Shown: positions 1-13,079 of the stretch, piece by piece
Position numbering within the stretch: position 1 is the first letter of the stretch
Layout of the letters: each line of letters starts with the position of its first letter
NCBI RefSeq assembly: GCF_006345805.1
Contig: NC_042997.1
Span: forward strand, 12,710,001 to 12,774,000
Reading direction: 5' to 3'
Source of the DNA: Octopus sinensis
Lineage: Eukaryota
Length of the DNA stretch: 64,000 bases
Translations under genes and position numbers: made by a program
The notes under the pieces: model-generated
What the model was told of the DNA's origin: nothing
Databases searched by the model: none
The model's input: the letters and a program-made list of their open reading frames with translations, nothing else

Positions 1-46
1 ACACACACATACATACACACATACACACACACATATATGTCAGTGT

Positions 47-100
<54 letters not shown>

Positions 101-288
101 GAAGGTATATATGTATATATGCACATTTACATATGTACCTACACACATACACACACATATATGAGAGAGAGATAAGAATCTGTGTTCGTCTGTGTGAGTA
201 TGTATATGCATGTAGATACATTTATTTACGTATATGTATTCATAAACATACGTGCATACATACACACACATATACATACATATGTATA

Positions 289-357
<69 letters not shown>

Positions 358-471
358 ATATTTCGGAATGGTCATTTTGCCAGTTTAGCCAATAAAAACA
401 CATGCACTATATATTTGGTGTTATTTTGCTTCAGTGTTATTTATTTTTTACATTAATCTTAATCTTATTTC

Positions 472-516
472 GGCCAGAGTTCTTTCGTCACACTCCTGTG
501 ACCGCATCATTGGTCC
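472..516 (-). ncRNA. Degenerate type-I hammerhead ribozyme in the PLE 3' region
   Basis: Minus strand reads ggacca-ATGATGC-g-gtcac-aggagt-gtgac-GAAAG-aa-CTC-tggcc. Stem II is a perfect 5 bp and stem I is partial; the core differs from CTGATGA at two positions. Confidence 0.45.
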
Positions 517-920
517 TTTGTTTTCTTCTTTATTATTTGTGTCTCTCCTTACTAACCGTCAGCCATTTTGTATTTCTATTGTATGTCTTCATTTGCGCAT
601 GCTTATATCTCTATGTGCGTCTATGTTTATTTAGTGTGTGTATGTGGGGGATGCCTGTAATATTTGTATCTTCTGTTTATATACGTTCATGTAATTTGTA
701 TTTTGTTTTTGTTGTTGTTGTTTTTGTTTATTCTTATTTTGTTAATGTGTTTACATCCACTTATTATTATCATTACATATGCTTGTATGTATGTATGTAT
801 AACAACAATACTAGTAATAATTATAACAATAAATCGAATCGAAAAAAAAATATATATAGTTATTTATTTCTATTTGTTTATTTATCTGTGTATTTATTAT
901 GTGTTCGGGATCCTCTATCG

Positions 921-1532
921 TCATATGTAGTGGTGTGTGCTAGTGTTCCATTCTAGTTTTCTATTCAGGCTAGGTTTATTTCCTATTATGTGTGTAGCTT
1001 CTGTAATTTGTCTGATTGTTGCATCTGTTCTATGTGTGGACAATATTTTAATTTCTATATTGTTGATTGATCCCCTGTGTTCCTGTTCAGCGTGTTGGTA
1101 CAGAATCGATGAGCTTTTACCTTCCTTGAGTTGTCTCCAATGTACATTTACCCGCTCTCCTATGCTTCTTGCCGTCTCCCCTACGTATGTCGTTGTCTTG
1201 TTACTGCATCGTCCCTCTATACATCTTATACTATAGACTACATTTCTGGCTTTACAGTTTGTTTGTGGGCTAAATCTACATAGAGTACAGTACTTATCCG
1301 TACAGGGGGTTCTACTAAAAGGATAGGTTCTACCAATTATAGATTTGATAGGGTTGCCTGGCTTTTTAACAACCTTAATTCTTAGCTTAAGTTTGTCTAG
1401 GGTCCTTCTAAAGCGGTACGCCAGTTCACCACCAGGGGTGGTGTCAACGAACATGACACTCTGGTATTTATGGCTATCATACCAAGAGTTGGCCTTCCCT
1501 ATTTTCTTTTTGTCCTTTCTATAGTGTTCCAT
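921..1532 (-). pseudogene. PLE Zn-linker and GIY-YIG endonuclease domain
   Basis: Cys linker CTDKYCTLC...NC, then VVYSIRC...YVGETARSIGERVNVH and R..TEA..I...KPSLN, the GIY-YIG signature of PLEs. Confidence 0.9.
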
Positions 1533-1834
1533 GACTTGTTCCTATAGAGTGGGCAAATGCCATTCCTATCATTACATAATATATTATCAAATTTCTTCAT
1601 GGCTCCTTTGTATACTCTGATCCTTTCTTTATGGCTGTAACCAGAGAACTGCATGCGGTGAATGAAATATTGTATGTGTCTCTTTAACTCTTTGGGCTCG
1701 CACATGCGTGACACATTTCTCATTATAATATTGAATTTGGCATTGTCCGCAATGGCTGAGTTCCGATGGATCAAGTATTTTGAGGCCATAGATCTGGCAT
1801 AGTATGAATAATAAAACCCAAATCCTTCATTCAC
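1499..1834 (-). pseudogene. PLE reverse transcriptase thumb region, frameshifted relative to the GIY-YIG ORF
   Basis: YY..MASKYLIHRNSA...F..RMQFSGYS...PLYRNKSW resembles the PLE thumb. The frame changes in an A-rich run near 1500-1512. Confidence 0.8.
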
Positions 1835-1863
1835 ACTATGCCAAACCTGGCTAAGCTAGCAGG

Positions 1864-1907
<44 letters not shown>

Positions 1908-2063
1908 ATATATATATATGTTGGTCCACCGCATGGACCCTAAGTAAGGCATGTGTAAAATTTGAATGAAATCGGTTGGGTAGTTTTCGAGTTTTAGTGT
2001 TGCACAAATACCGACTCACAGCCAGACAGACACACAGACATTCTCAGTTTTATATATATAGAT
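1835..2063 (+). mobile_element. Non-autonomous Helitron-like element (Lep1/HINE-type 3' architecture) at the 5' truncation of the PLE
   Basis: aaatttgaatgaaatcggttgggtagttttcgagtt ... cagacagacacacagac ... ttttatatatatagat. This organisation matches Lep1-like elements as I recall them. Confidence 0.5.
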
Positions 2064-3389
2064 AATGTCTCGGAACACTAGATTTTAACGAAGTGGTAAC
2101 TATCAAACTTGCAATATCTCTGAATCGAAAATTCAATTGAAACAGCTACTTCTGTAATATTTGCAGCTGCACGAATGCCACAGTGCATAAGAATTGGTTT
2201 ACATCTGCTTCAGCCAAACTGAGATTTTAATTACCCGTGAAAACGGTGAACTTGAATTGTATTTCTTTTCTCTGAACATTTGAAGTACCAGAACTGAAGC
2301 TTTACGTTCTGTAAATCTACAAATATTCGGACCCCTTCAAGAACATTAACCTATACGTGCGCTAAACTTCGAGGACCTTTCATGAATTATTTTCATTTAT
2401 CGAACATATATAATTTGAAGTAAATACTTTCCTGGCCATTATTAACTTAATGTTTTTGTAATTCTAGTTCCAATAATTTACATCTTCTAACTTAAGGTTA
2501 CTTTGCTGCATATACCATTGCTTTGCAAGCAACGACACCATAGCCTTGTTCATATTCTACCCACACGGTATCCTAGACGAGATTTCACAGCCTGATAAAG
2601 TCAAGAACCATAGAATTTTCGGAGTTAATGTTTAATATCTTCCTTCGGAAAATTAATGCAATAGTGCAATTTGTTTACTGCTCCTGCAGTTAGTATTTGA
2701 TTATTTTTACGTTTAATTTTACATAAACAAAACACATATTTGCAGGCGCATCCACATCGGTACATATATTGGCACAATGATTTTGTTTCAGTCGTTTGAT
2801 ATTTCTCCAGAATTAATGTGGAAAACCTACCACCGAATTTATAATATAGGTTTGATCGATGGAGAAAGTGTGAGACTAAATCCATATTTCAAAAAATTTG
2901 ACAGTATAAGTGTGAACTATAGATTTACAACTAATCATGCAGTTTAAATTCTAAATAAATGAATGAATGATTAAATACAGATTACTAAGTAAATAATAAA
3001 AAAAAAAGAATCGTGTTCATTGCTTTATATAAGAAATAGCTACTTACGTAGTTCAGTAGTAAAAATAATCGCTAAATGAAGAAAACTCAGAGTGAGAGCT
3101 TAACACAGGAAACGGAATGAATAATTTGGCATTCGAAGGTGAACTTGAGTTTAGTAACTGCCGTTATTGCGATAAAAATGATATATATGGAATACTTATA
3201 TAAAAAAATTTCAGTAAAATATTATATTTCGAATTGCAATGAATGATAATTTAAGTAAAATGTTATATTTCGAATGGCAATGAATGGCAATTAAAGGCTG
3301 TGAACTAGATGTCTTGCATCAACTTTCACATGCAAGTGCTACCAGTCGGGAACTCCGCATACCGGAAGCCAGCATGTGTATGGGGTCCC

Positions 3390-3508
3390 ACTGAGATCAT
3401 ATGTGCCTTTCATCCTTTCGAAGTTGATAAAATTGAGCACTGGGGTTGATGCAATCGACTTAATCCTGCCCTCGAAATTGATCGCCATATGCCAAAATTT
3501 GAAACCAC
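3390..3508 (+). mobile_element. SINE family B fragment (core and tail)
   Basis: gcctttcatcctttcgaagttgataaa...ggggttgatgcaatcgact core is shared with the other family B copies. Confidence 0.7.
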
Positions 3509-3594
3509 TGTATATATTCATATGTGCAGGTGAGTGTCCATGTAACACACACGCACACACGTATACACGCACTCATACAGCGACATACTCACCT

Positions 3595-3597
3595 ATC

Positions 3598-3692
<95 letters not shown>

Positions 3693-3760
3693 GGTGTCTG
3701 TCTTTCTGTCTGTTTGTATATCTGTCTGTCTGTCTGTCTGTGTATCTGTCTATCTATCCC

Positions 3761-3848
<88 letters not shown>
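3595..3848. repeat. Compound tetranucleotide microsatellite (TATC)n(TGTC)n(TATC)n
   Basis: Read directly from the sequence. Confidence 0.95.
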
Positions 3849-4193
3849 TTGTAAGGAAGGTCAAATTATTCATTCAGTTTCTTGTGTTATGCTGTCACCC
3901 TGAGTTTTCTTCATTTAGAGATCATCTTTACTCCTGAACTATCTAAGTAACTATTTTTCTATACAAAGCAATGGACACAATTCTATTTTTTTTTTCTTAA
4001 TTTACTTACTAATCTATTTAATTATTCATTCACAGACACATATGCTCACACATGTAAACGTGTGTACGCGTGCCTGTCTGGGCGAATGAAGTCAGTATTG
4101 CAATAAATCTAATATCATTTGCCTGCAAGAAATTCATTATTCCTAACCACACTTACAAACACACACGCCGTGTGCATAACTGTGTGGTATATA

Positions 4194-4255
<62 letters not shown>

Positions 4256-4476
4256 AACTTCTATACATAGATAATACATACGTAGGGTGATAGTTTACGA
4301 TGAATCATTATTAAATATTAATCACTTAATCAATCATTCTATCTTATTTATTTTTCTATTAACTTCAACTGCCAGACAATGCAGGGTCTTGTTGTATATG
4401 TTTACCTTCACATATGGGTATTAAATTTTGCGTATATATAACGCACACATGCCCACAATCATACATATAACCATTC

Positions 4477-4519
<43 letters not shown>

Positions 4520-4651
4520 ATATATATATTTACGTGTATATAATGAATTAAATTTATTATATGCGCATCATCGTTATCCCATTTAGCGTTGCTTACCATG
4601 CGCTTGAATATGTCTGCACATGTGTGCAAAACATACGATTATATATATATA

Positions 4652-4698
<47 letters not shown>

Positions 4699-4897
4699 TA
4701 CATATACATATATACATATTATATATATAGAGAGAGAGAGATGGAAAGAGAGATAAAGAGAATATAAGTAGATACATTGATAGATAGATTTGTAGAAAGA
4801 TACCTAGGTACACACAAGTATGTATACATACATGCACACACATATACGTACATGCATACATATATCTGTATATACATATATATATATGTATATTATA

Positions 4898-4982
<85 letters not shown>

Positions 4983-5311
4983 TATATATAAGTATGTATG
5001 TATAAATAAACACGCACATTTGTACGTATCTTGTCAGAAGTTACTCATACCATTTGCCAGCTCACAGTGCACATTTTTGTACAGGAATTTGAAATAGAAC
5101 GAGTTGAAAATATACTTCAGTAGGTTAGTTGAAGATATAAGCTGCGCCGAAAGAATATTTTGCAAGGCGTGTCAGAAATAAATAGTAGAAATAGAGAAGT
5201 TCCTGATATGATAGTTTTCATTCAGTTCATATCAAAATTGTAACGTATTACATGAGCAGTAAGTAATAGTAATAATAAAAAATGATAATATACGTTGGGA
5301 AGAAAGGAACA

Positions 5312-5740
5312 AACGTGGCTGTATAGTAAGAAGTTTGCTTCCCAACAATATGATTCTGGATTGAGGCCTTCTGCGTGCCAACTAGTGCCATTGCCTTTTT
5401 ATACAGACTAGGGTGGACCAAGAAGCCCTTCCTGTGTAGTCTACCAGCCCCTATATATATATGTGTGAGAGAGTGTCAGTGTTTGTGTGATCGTGTGTAT
5501 GTATGTATGTGTGACCTCCATCACCCCTAGACAACCGGAGATGGAGTGTTTATGGCCGTGAGATGGAGATGGAATGTTTAAGATGGAGTGTTTAAGACCG
5601 TGAAAAGAAACTGGGAGAATAAGTATCATACAAAAATGAAGGAGTACCGGGGTCGATATGTTTGAGTAATGTTCTTCAGTTCTTCTATGCGGTTCCACAG
5701 CATGATCGCATTCCAGTATCTGAAACAAATAAAAGATAAA
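5312..5740 (+). mobile_element. Old, diverged SINE family A-related copy
   Basis: gtggctgtatagtaagaagtttgcttcccaac head, internal TA/TG tract, ggggtcgat...ctgaaacaaataaaaga tail. Confidence 0.5.
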
Positions 5741-7063
5741 CGGTGAAAGAAACAAATAGACATAGTAGTGGAAAAAAGATTATGGTAGTTTCTGAATGAA
5801 GTAAGTGAGCTGAGGTGATGTAAAAGCCAAAACGCTTTTGAGTAGATGTGCAAACAGAAGCAACCATGTTAAGGAAAACTTAATATGGTTGCTTAAGATG
5901 TTAAGGAAAACTTAAACTTAACATATTAAGGAAAACTTAGATTTAGTGGGTTAACTAAAATTATTAAACTAAGAATTATACGAACGTTCATGATTTAGAA
6001 AGTACAGCTGTAAAGACATGGGAACAAGATAGATAAGAGAAAGATGTAGGAAAAATATCATATATTCCGAGTGAGTATTTGTAAATAAGGATGCCCTGCA
6101 TAAGATATTAGAACGAATAGAAAGGTCGTGAAAAAAGTAACTCAATAATCTTTTTCCTAATGGGATGAAACTGGAATGTTTGTGTTAGTCAAATTTCTTG
6201 CCGGATCTTTAATCATATACGCAAAAAAATTTGTATGTACTTGAAGTTACTAGAACGTATAGTCAACTTATTTGTAAACTCTTATGTTTACTAACCATTA
6301 TCATATTGTATGCAGCTAACACCTTTTAATTCTCCATAACAATACACATCGCAAAATTTGAAAGAACAACAAAACACTAATAATCTTTAGGCAAAATTAG
6401 ATGTACTTCATAAGCTCACTGGGTAAATTACTCATGACATACCCTCCTCTTCACAAATTTAATTAAGTAAGGCCAAACAGCAACTAGAGATTCGATAACT
6501 ATGCTTTGGCCAGCGACACTTTTTTCATTAGAGTGACAATTTCATCTAGCTTTGGTACCCGTAGTTATGTGCTTCAAATTTACACTCACCTCACTAAACA
6601 GAATTTCATATTTGAAAAACAACATAAAATAATACAAGAAGGTACGTCGTAGAATCTTTCAAAATATATATCACTCGTCTTCCATGTTAAATTGTGTACA
6701 GTTTTTAAAGTCCTATTTCGATATAAAAATGCCTTTTGGGATATATTAATAATTTGAGCCTTGAAAATGGCAACTTGATACGTAACGAAATATCTGTTGC
6801 AAAAGGTATACAATCAATTATGTGTGCTCAATGATATAAAATGCATAAAACGTGCAATGTGTAGGGTTCTAATTTAATATAAACGCACTGACACACGCAT
6901 TAATATGAAGATTTATATGTATGAATATATGTTCATGTATGCGTGTATATATATATATATATCATGTGGTACAAGGATGATAACTATACATGTATAATTA
7001 TATATTTGTAAATATAGTATTATATACATATATATATATACATATGCATAAAAATGTCATAAA

Positions 7064-7128
<65 letters not shown>

Positions 7129-8390
7129 TATGTATACAAATACACACACACATATATATATAACTAAAATTATACTTTACGATAAACTGTTATTAAATAT
7201 TCATCTTTTAATCAATCACCCACGTATTATTTTCTTCCCTCTACTCTATTACAGCAGAGTACATATGTGATTGATTGTACATCACTCCATATATATATAT
7301 ATATACGCGTACATATATATATATAAACACGGAAATATGCAGTATATGTGTATGTATATATGCATACATACATATATCTATGTACGCGCATAAGCATATT
7401 TTATGTATACATTTATATATATATATATTAATTTATATTATATATATATATACATATTCATGTAACTAGTTATATGAATGTTTATATAGATGTTTATATG
7501 TATATAAATATACACATACACGCACACACACGCACACATACATACACACATACATACACACATACATACACATACACACATACATACACATACACACATA
7601 TATACATATATATAAAATTAGGCGTATGTGTATGTATTATTTATGTGTATATCTATGTAACTATATACACATGATTGTATGCATGTATGTCTGTATGTAC
7701 TTTTGTCTTTTGTTGCTTGAGCTGTGAGAGGTAGTGAGCATATATATGGGTAGAGAGGAATGAACACATTGATATCTCCAGGAATGGAACTATTCTATTT
7801 GTAATTTTGTCTTCCATATGCATTATATATATATATTTTTTTGTATATAGGCCATCTGCCTTGCTGCCTCACCACCCATAAGGATTTCAGGGATCATATC
7901 AACTTCAGTACGAAATCGATGAAAATATTGATGTTATTTGACTATCTATTAGGTTACGTGATACGAATCAAGAACTCTTAAAAAATAAGCGATTTTAGCC
8001 AGCACAGATATGGAGATGCACATACTCACACACATACTGTGCACATGTAATTTATGACATATTTTTATATGAATGTTGTTATTCTTGACGGTGAGTGCTC
8101 AAGACTTGAACTGTCGTTACATTCTCTCCCTTGGGTTGGTATGCTTCAATTAAGAGTGATCAGCTGATATATATCTACGTACTTGCTTAAAAACATACGA
8201 AGTTTAACTCTGCTTCCGCTTGGAAGATGTGATTGACCCGCTCTTTTTAGTGGCACGAGGCACGATTTATATTCTTTAGGACAGAGCCGAAACTTAAACC
8301 GCAAGGCATTCCACTGCTCCCTCGTCTCAGACTGGCACGTTATTTTAGAAAGATAGAGATATAGGAAGTATAAAGGGAAATATTAGAATA

Positions 8391-8794
8391 AAGGAGTGGC
8401 TGTGTGGTAAGTAGCTTGTTTACTAACCACATGGTTCCGGGTTCAGTCCCACTGCGTGGCACCTTGGGCAAGTGTCTTCTACTATAGCCTCGGGCCGACC
8501 AAAGCCTTGTGAGTGGATTTGATAGACGGAAACTGAAAGAAGCCCGTCGTATATATGTACATATATATATGCGTGCGTGTGTTTGTGTGTCTGTGTTTGT
8601 CCCCCTAGCATTGCTTGACAACCGATGCTGGCGTGTTTATGTCCCCGTTACTTAGCGGTTCGGCAAAAAGAGACCGATAGAATAAGTACTGGGCTTACAA
8701 AAGAATAAGTCCCGGGGTCGATTTGCTCGATTAAAAGGCGTTGCTCCAGCATGGCCGCAGTCAAATGACTGAAACAAGTAAAAGAGTAAAGAGT
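8391..8794 (+). mobile_element. tRNA-derived SINE family A, full length
   Basis: Head aggagtggctgtgtggtaagtagctt...ggttccgggttcagtcc with A/B-box-like motifs, internal (TA)/(TG) tract, tail actgaaacaagtaaaagag. Many near-identical copies occur in the window. Confidence 0.9.
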
Positions 8795-8951
8795 ATATAT
8801 GTGCGATGTTACAGTTGCAGTACCATTATCCAAGGAATGTGGTATGTAGAATGTGTAAAGTGATTTCATGTCCATGAGATGTAAATTCCGATAGGAGTTC
8901 ATATTTTGTTATTAGAAATGGAGAGTGTGCAAATATTAATTCCATATGTGT

Positions 8952-8982
<31 letters not shown>

Positions 8983-9439
8983 CGTGCGTGTGTGTGTGTG
9001 TATGCGTGTGAGTAAATGTTTAAGCATATTTGTCTGTATGTGCCTTTCTATCCAATTTAAAATTCAAATTATAATCTAATAAATAATCTTCTAAACAATT
9101 TTTATACTTTCTGCCCTTTTCTCTTCAGCTGTTCTTCTTTGAAGTGACTTATCAATTTAGGAGCAGTGGAACCAGAAGCCTCATCATGGACAATATATAC
9201 TTATTAATCACTTCTTAGGAGTGCTATTAAATCCCATCGGAATTGCACACTATGGAAAGAAGCCTCTACCCATTCTACAAAACACTTTCTTTGGATAATG
9301 GAACTGCAACTGTAGCATCCCGCATATATTTTTATCTTTATTCTCATATTCCACTTTACACTTCCTATATCTCTACCTTTCCAAAATAACATCTTATATT
9401 TAACTCTACTATTTCCTTCTATTTAACTCTCTCATATCA

Positions 9440-9485
9440 TCTGTGATGATGGGATATCTTTTATATCACTGAAACAGCTGTAAGA
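9440..9485 (+). ncRNA. Degenerate hammerhead motif downstream of a probable PLE C-terminal relic (~9200-9320)
   Basis: tct-GTGATGA-tgggatatcttttatatcact-GAAAC-agct-GTA-aga. Stem III is palindromic (ACAGCTGT); the first core base is G instead of C. Confidence 0.5.
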
Positions 9486-9699
9486 CTAGCTTTCTTTTCA
9501 TAAATGTCATAGAAATTTCACACTTCCTTGGTTTTGCCTTTCTCATTGCAATTAACATATACACGCTCGCACACGACATTTGCGTTAGACTCATCACTCA
9601 CACTATTATCGAACCGGGAGTCTAACAGCGGTTCTTTTGTAGCACTTACTCAGCCTTAACTGCATTTTTGGCCTCCTGGATACCAAACCCTCTAATATA

Positions 9700-9944
9700 T
9701 ATATGTTATATTAAATTAGAGATAAAACCACTATTAGGCAAATCAAACAATGAAAAACATAAGCCAATACATAAAATTAATTAATTTATGTTATTTTAAA
9801 TATATATCAAAAGTATTAAAAGTTTAATAAAAGATAAAGAGTAAAACACTACGATCGTTTCATGGCTGTACAATTCGTAATAATTCGAGTTATGGTTACA
9901 GTCAATCTTCAGGTTAATTGAAATATTTATCTTAGCGAGGTTTA

Positions 9945-9945
<1 letters not shown>
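9700..9945 (-). mobile_element. Short hammerhead-bearing element, family H1 copy 1
   Basis: CTGAAGA...GAAACGATCGTAGTG at 9846-9916 plus a conserved AT-rich tail. Nearly the same sequence occurs at 45105-45360; both ends lie in TA tracts. Confidence 0.8.
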
Positions 9946-10003
<58 letters not shown>

Positions 10004-10024
10004 TATATATATTATATATATATA

Positions 10025-10072
<48 letters not shown>

Positions 10073-10559
10073 TGTGTGTGTGTGTGTTGTGTGTGTGTGT
10101 GTGTGGTGTGTGTGTGTAGATAAATATCACCCAAATACGTTTAATATTTTCCCATATATATTCTGAAGACGTTTTGACAAGAAGGGAAAGAAAGGCTTTG
10201 CAACAGACGTAAAAGTATTATTGAAGCTAAAAATCAAAACAATAAATAACTCGTTACCTTCAAGAACTGCTAAAGAGGAAAGAGCGGAAAGTGTAAGGAC
10301 TCCGTGAGAATTATTCAGAAGATTATTTATGAGATTATAATTTGACTTTTAAAGTGAATAGCAAGGTACATACAGACAAATATACTTAAACATTTATACA
10401 CACACACACACAGGCACATACGCACACATCCACATATGTGTATGTATGTGTGTGCTTAAATGTGTATGTTTGTGAGTGCTCGTGTGTGTGTGTGTGCCAG
10501 TGCATGTGCGCCAGTGTTGGCGTGCATAAGATTACTCATATAGCAAGTGCATATTACTA

Positions 10560-10610
<51 letters not shown>

Positions 10611-10771
10611 TATATACATACACACAAACGCATACATACATACATGCATACACACATACATACGTACATACATATATAAATATATATACTTATATACATA
10701 CATACATACATACATATATATATATATACACGTTTCATATTTCATCATTATCATTAGTCGGGGATCAGACT

Positions 10772-13041
10772 GTTTTGCTATAATGTATGTATAACTATGG
10801 TTTAGCTGCTTGTCTTTAGTAATAACCTTTAGGGAGATAACGCCTTGTGTATATAACGAGGGTTTAACGACAGCATTTCCGGCATTTCGAACGCCACCTG
10901 CACCTCCACTAATACCTCATCCTCCACCACCACCTCCACAATCGAGACCACCAAAACCTAGACCACCAGAACCACCGTCGTCATCGTTTGTCATCATCAT
11001 CACCTTCTTAACCGCAATTTTTTTTTCTGCATTTTTATCGGATGAAGTGGCTATTATAAAGACACTATACAATAGTTTTGTGGTTTACATAAGATCCGGT
11101 GAGGAAGAAAACGTGGGCGAAAAATTCGATGGAAATTATGCGTAAATTTTAAGTACACGAATAAATCACTGAATCAACTATTCTTGTGCAGTACCTGTAC
11201 CTAATAAGGAGAAACACTGTTCCAATATCATCTTGACAACCAAGAACATGTGGTCCCTCTTTCTGTTGTTCTTAAATTCCGTGTTTTGCGTTACGAGGGC
11301 CATCAGTTCCTTGTTGTTCCTTCTGATGAGTACGAAGTTGGTTGGTTTTTGTTTTGTGCTTTGGTCTTGTTTAATTTGTTTGCTTGACTGTGATCACGAT
11401 AGTCTTGTTATTGCTTCTGTTGTGTCTGAGTATGCTGTGAATGTGGTGAAAGTTTTAGATATTTGTGTGAATTTTTGTTCTTCTTTATTTAGGTTGTTTG
11501 CGTTCGGTGGATTCTGGTGATAGTGAGATAGTGGTGGTTTTGTTGGGTGTTGGTGTTTTGGGGGAGATGTTTGCGTGACTAGTGTTTGTATTTTTTATTT
11601 TGAGTATTGTTATGCTTTGTGGAGTTGTTCGTTTCTGCTTTCAGCTTAAAAAATTTTTTCTTGGACCTTTTGGTTTTCCTTCATCTTCACTATTAGAAGA
11701 TGAAGCGTCTGTTGCTGTGTGTCTGTGTCTGTGTGGGGTGTATGTTTATAATCCTCTTTATATATGTATTTTTGTTTGGTGTGAGAGAGGCAGGAGAGCT
11801 TTCCTTATTTCCCCCTAGGATGGTTAATGTCTTTGGTGTTCTTGCTGGTGGTTTTGCCGGTGCTGGTATTTTCTGTGGTTCCGATCCCGGCGTAGGCAGT
11901 AGTAGAAACCTTTGACCCCTTGCACTTTGTACCAGCTGGTAGTAGTAAGCTCGAAACAATGCGGCCTTTTACCGTCAGTTATGATGTGTATCTCCATCCC
12001 GTTTTGGAGACGGATGTTGTGTGGAATTCTTTTTGTTTTCGGGTCTGATCTGGCGAAGTATCTCCATATCAATCCCTGGACCATTTCTCCCTGGCATTTC
12101 TTGTCGCCTCTATCGGGACAATATCCATCTCCTCCACGATTACACATCCCAGAATCCACCAAAGTCTAGTTCTGGTTTGGATTCTAGGAATATATACACG
12201 AGTTGAACGTTTCCTCATGTGGGAGGGGTACGTAATGACCTTTCTTGTTTTGCAAGGGGTCATTGAATGTATGTTTCATAGTGAGGGCTTCTGACTTAAG
12301 CAGCACCGAAATGGTGCCGCAGTATTTGCCTCTCGCTATGTATTCAATGTCATTTCTGATGCACCTCAGCTTGGCCTCAATATCCACTTGGGCTTTTAAA
12401 GCCGCTCTTTTCGTGTCCGTTGAGATATTTATGAAAAGCACTGTTCTTCTTTCCACTGCTTCATTTGCCTCTAACGGAACAACTAGATTAGCTCAAGTTT
12501 TCTGTTGTTCTCTTAATTTCCATCCTTATGTTAGCATCTGGTCCCTATTTCTGAGATCCAGGGTAATGCGCTGTTTGCTCTTCGCTGCTGCTGTTGCGAA
12601 CTAACGTTTGTCATTGGTTCTGCTGTCGTTATTGTTGTTATTGTTGCTACTGCTGTTGCTGCCGCTGTTGTTGTTGTCATTGTTCTTGTCGATGTTGTTG
12701 GTATTAGCTTTGTTGTTGCTGCTGTTGTTGTTGTTGTTGTTGTTAAGCAACAAGACGGGTAAGGGTGATTAGGTGGTGGTCTAGGGCTTAGGGACGGGAG
12801 ACCCCAGACCTTAGAAAAAAAAAACTTTGATCGTCTTGTTGTAGTCGAGGGCTCTTCGTTGACGCCCGACACCACTGGGAGGTGGTCCTCGAAGTCGCTG
12901 GAAATGGAGATCTCCAGGTCCAAATTCTTGAACGGCTGTTGCTGCTGTTGTCCCGATTGCTCACGCTGTTGTTGTTGTTGTTGTTGTTGCTATCGCTACT
13001 GCCGCTGCAGCTACTCTCTTTTTCGTCGTTGTTGTTGATGT

Positions 13042-13079
<38 letters not shown>

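Larger units (their letters stand above)
350..1834 (-). mobile_element. Penelope-like retroelement, 5'-truncated: RT thumb, GIY-YIG endonuclease and 3' non-coding region ending at a (TA)n tract
   Basis: ORFs 1499-1834 and 921-1532 join into a PLE C-terminus. About 570 bp of 3' sequence contains a relic hammerhead (472-516) and runs into (TA)n at ~290-350. Confidence 0.9.
2960..4032. repeat. Diverged inverted repeat; arms ~2960-3130 and ~3860-4032
   Basis: The reverse complement of 2960-3130 (ccaaattattcattccgtttcctgtgttaagctctcactctgagttttcttcatttag...) aligns with 3860-4032 (tcaaattattcattcagtttcttgtgttatgctgtcaccctgagttttcttcatttag...). Confidence 0.8.

Noticed and set aside
355-395. Possible second hammerhead at the PLE terminus (ctggcaaaatgaccattccgaaatata, minus strand)
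   Set aside because: The core is too far from CTGANGA and there are no convincing stems.
133-456. Numerous ORFs rich in YI/IY, CV/VC, HT/TH, LSIY, MYVC or poly-I/S/D/L throughout the window
   Set aside because: They are translations of (TA)n, (TG)n, (TATC)n, (CATA)n and trinucleotide microsatellites that simply lack stop codons.
8391-8470. tRNA-gene-like A/B-box sequences here and at 55971 and 61998
   Set aside because: They are SINE heads that continue into SINE bodies; no complete cloverleaf with an acceptor stem is evident.
10810-11145. Proline-rich plus-strand ORF
   Set aside because: It is a low-complexity (CCA/CCT)n stretch antisense to the 3' region of the ORF1-only element, with no domain signal.
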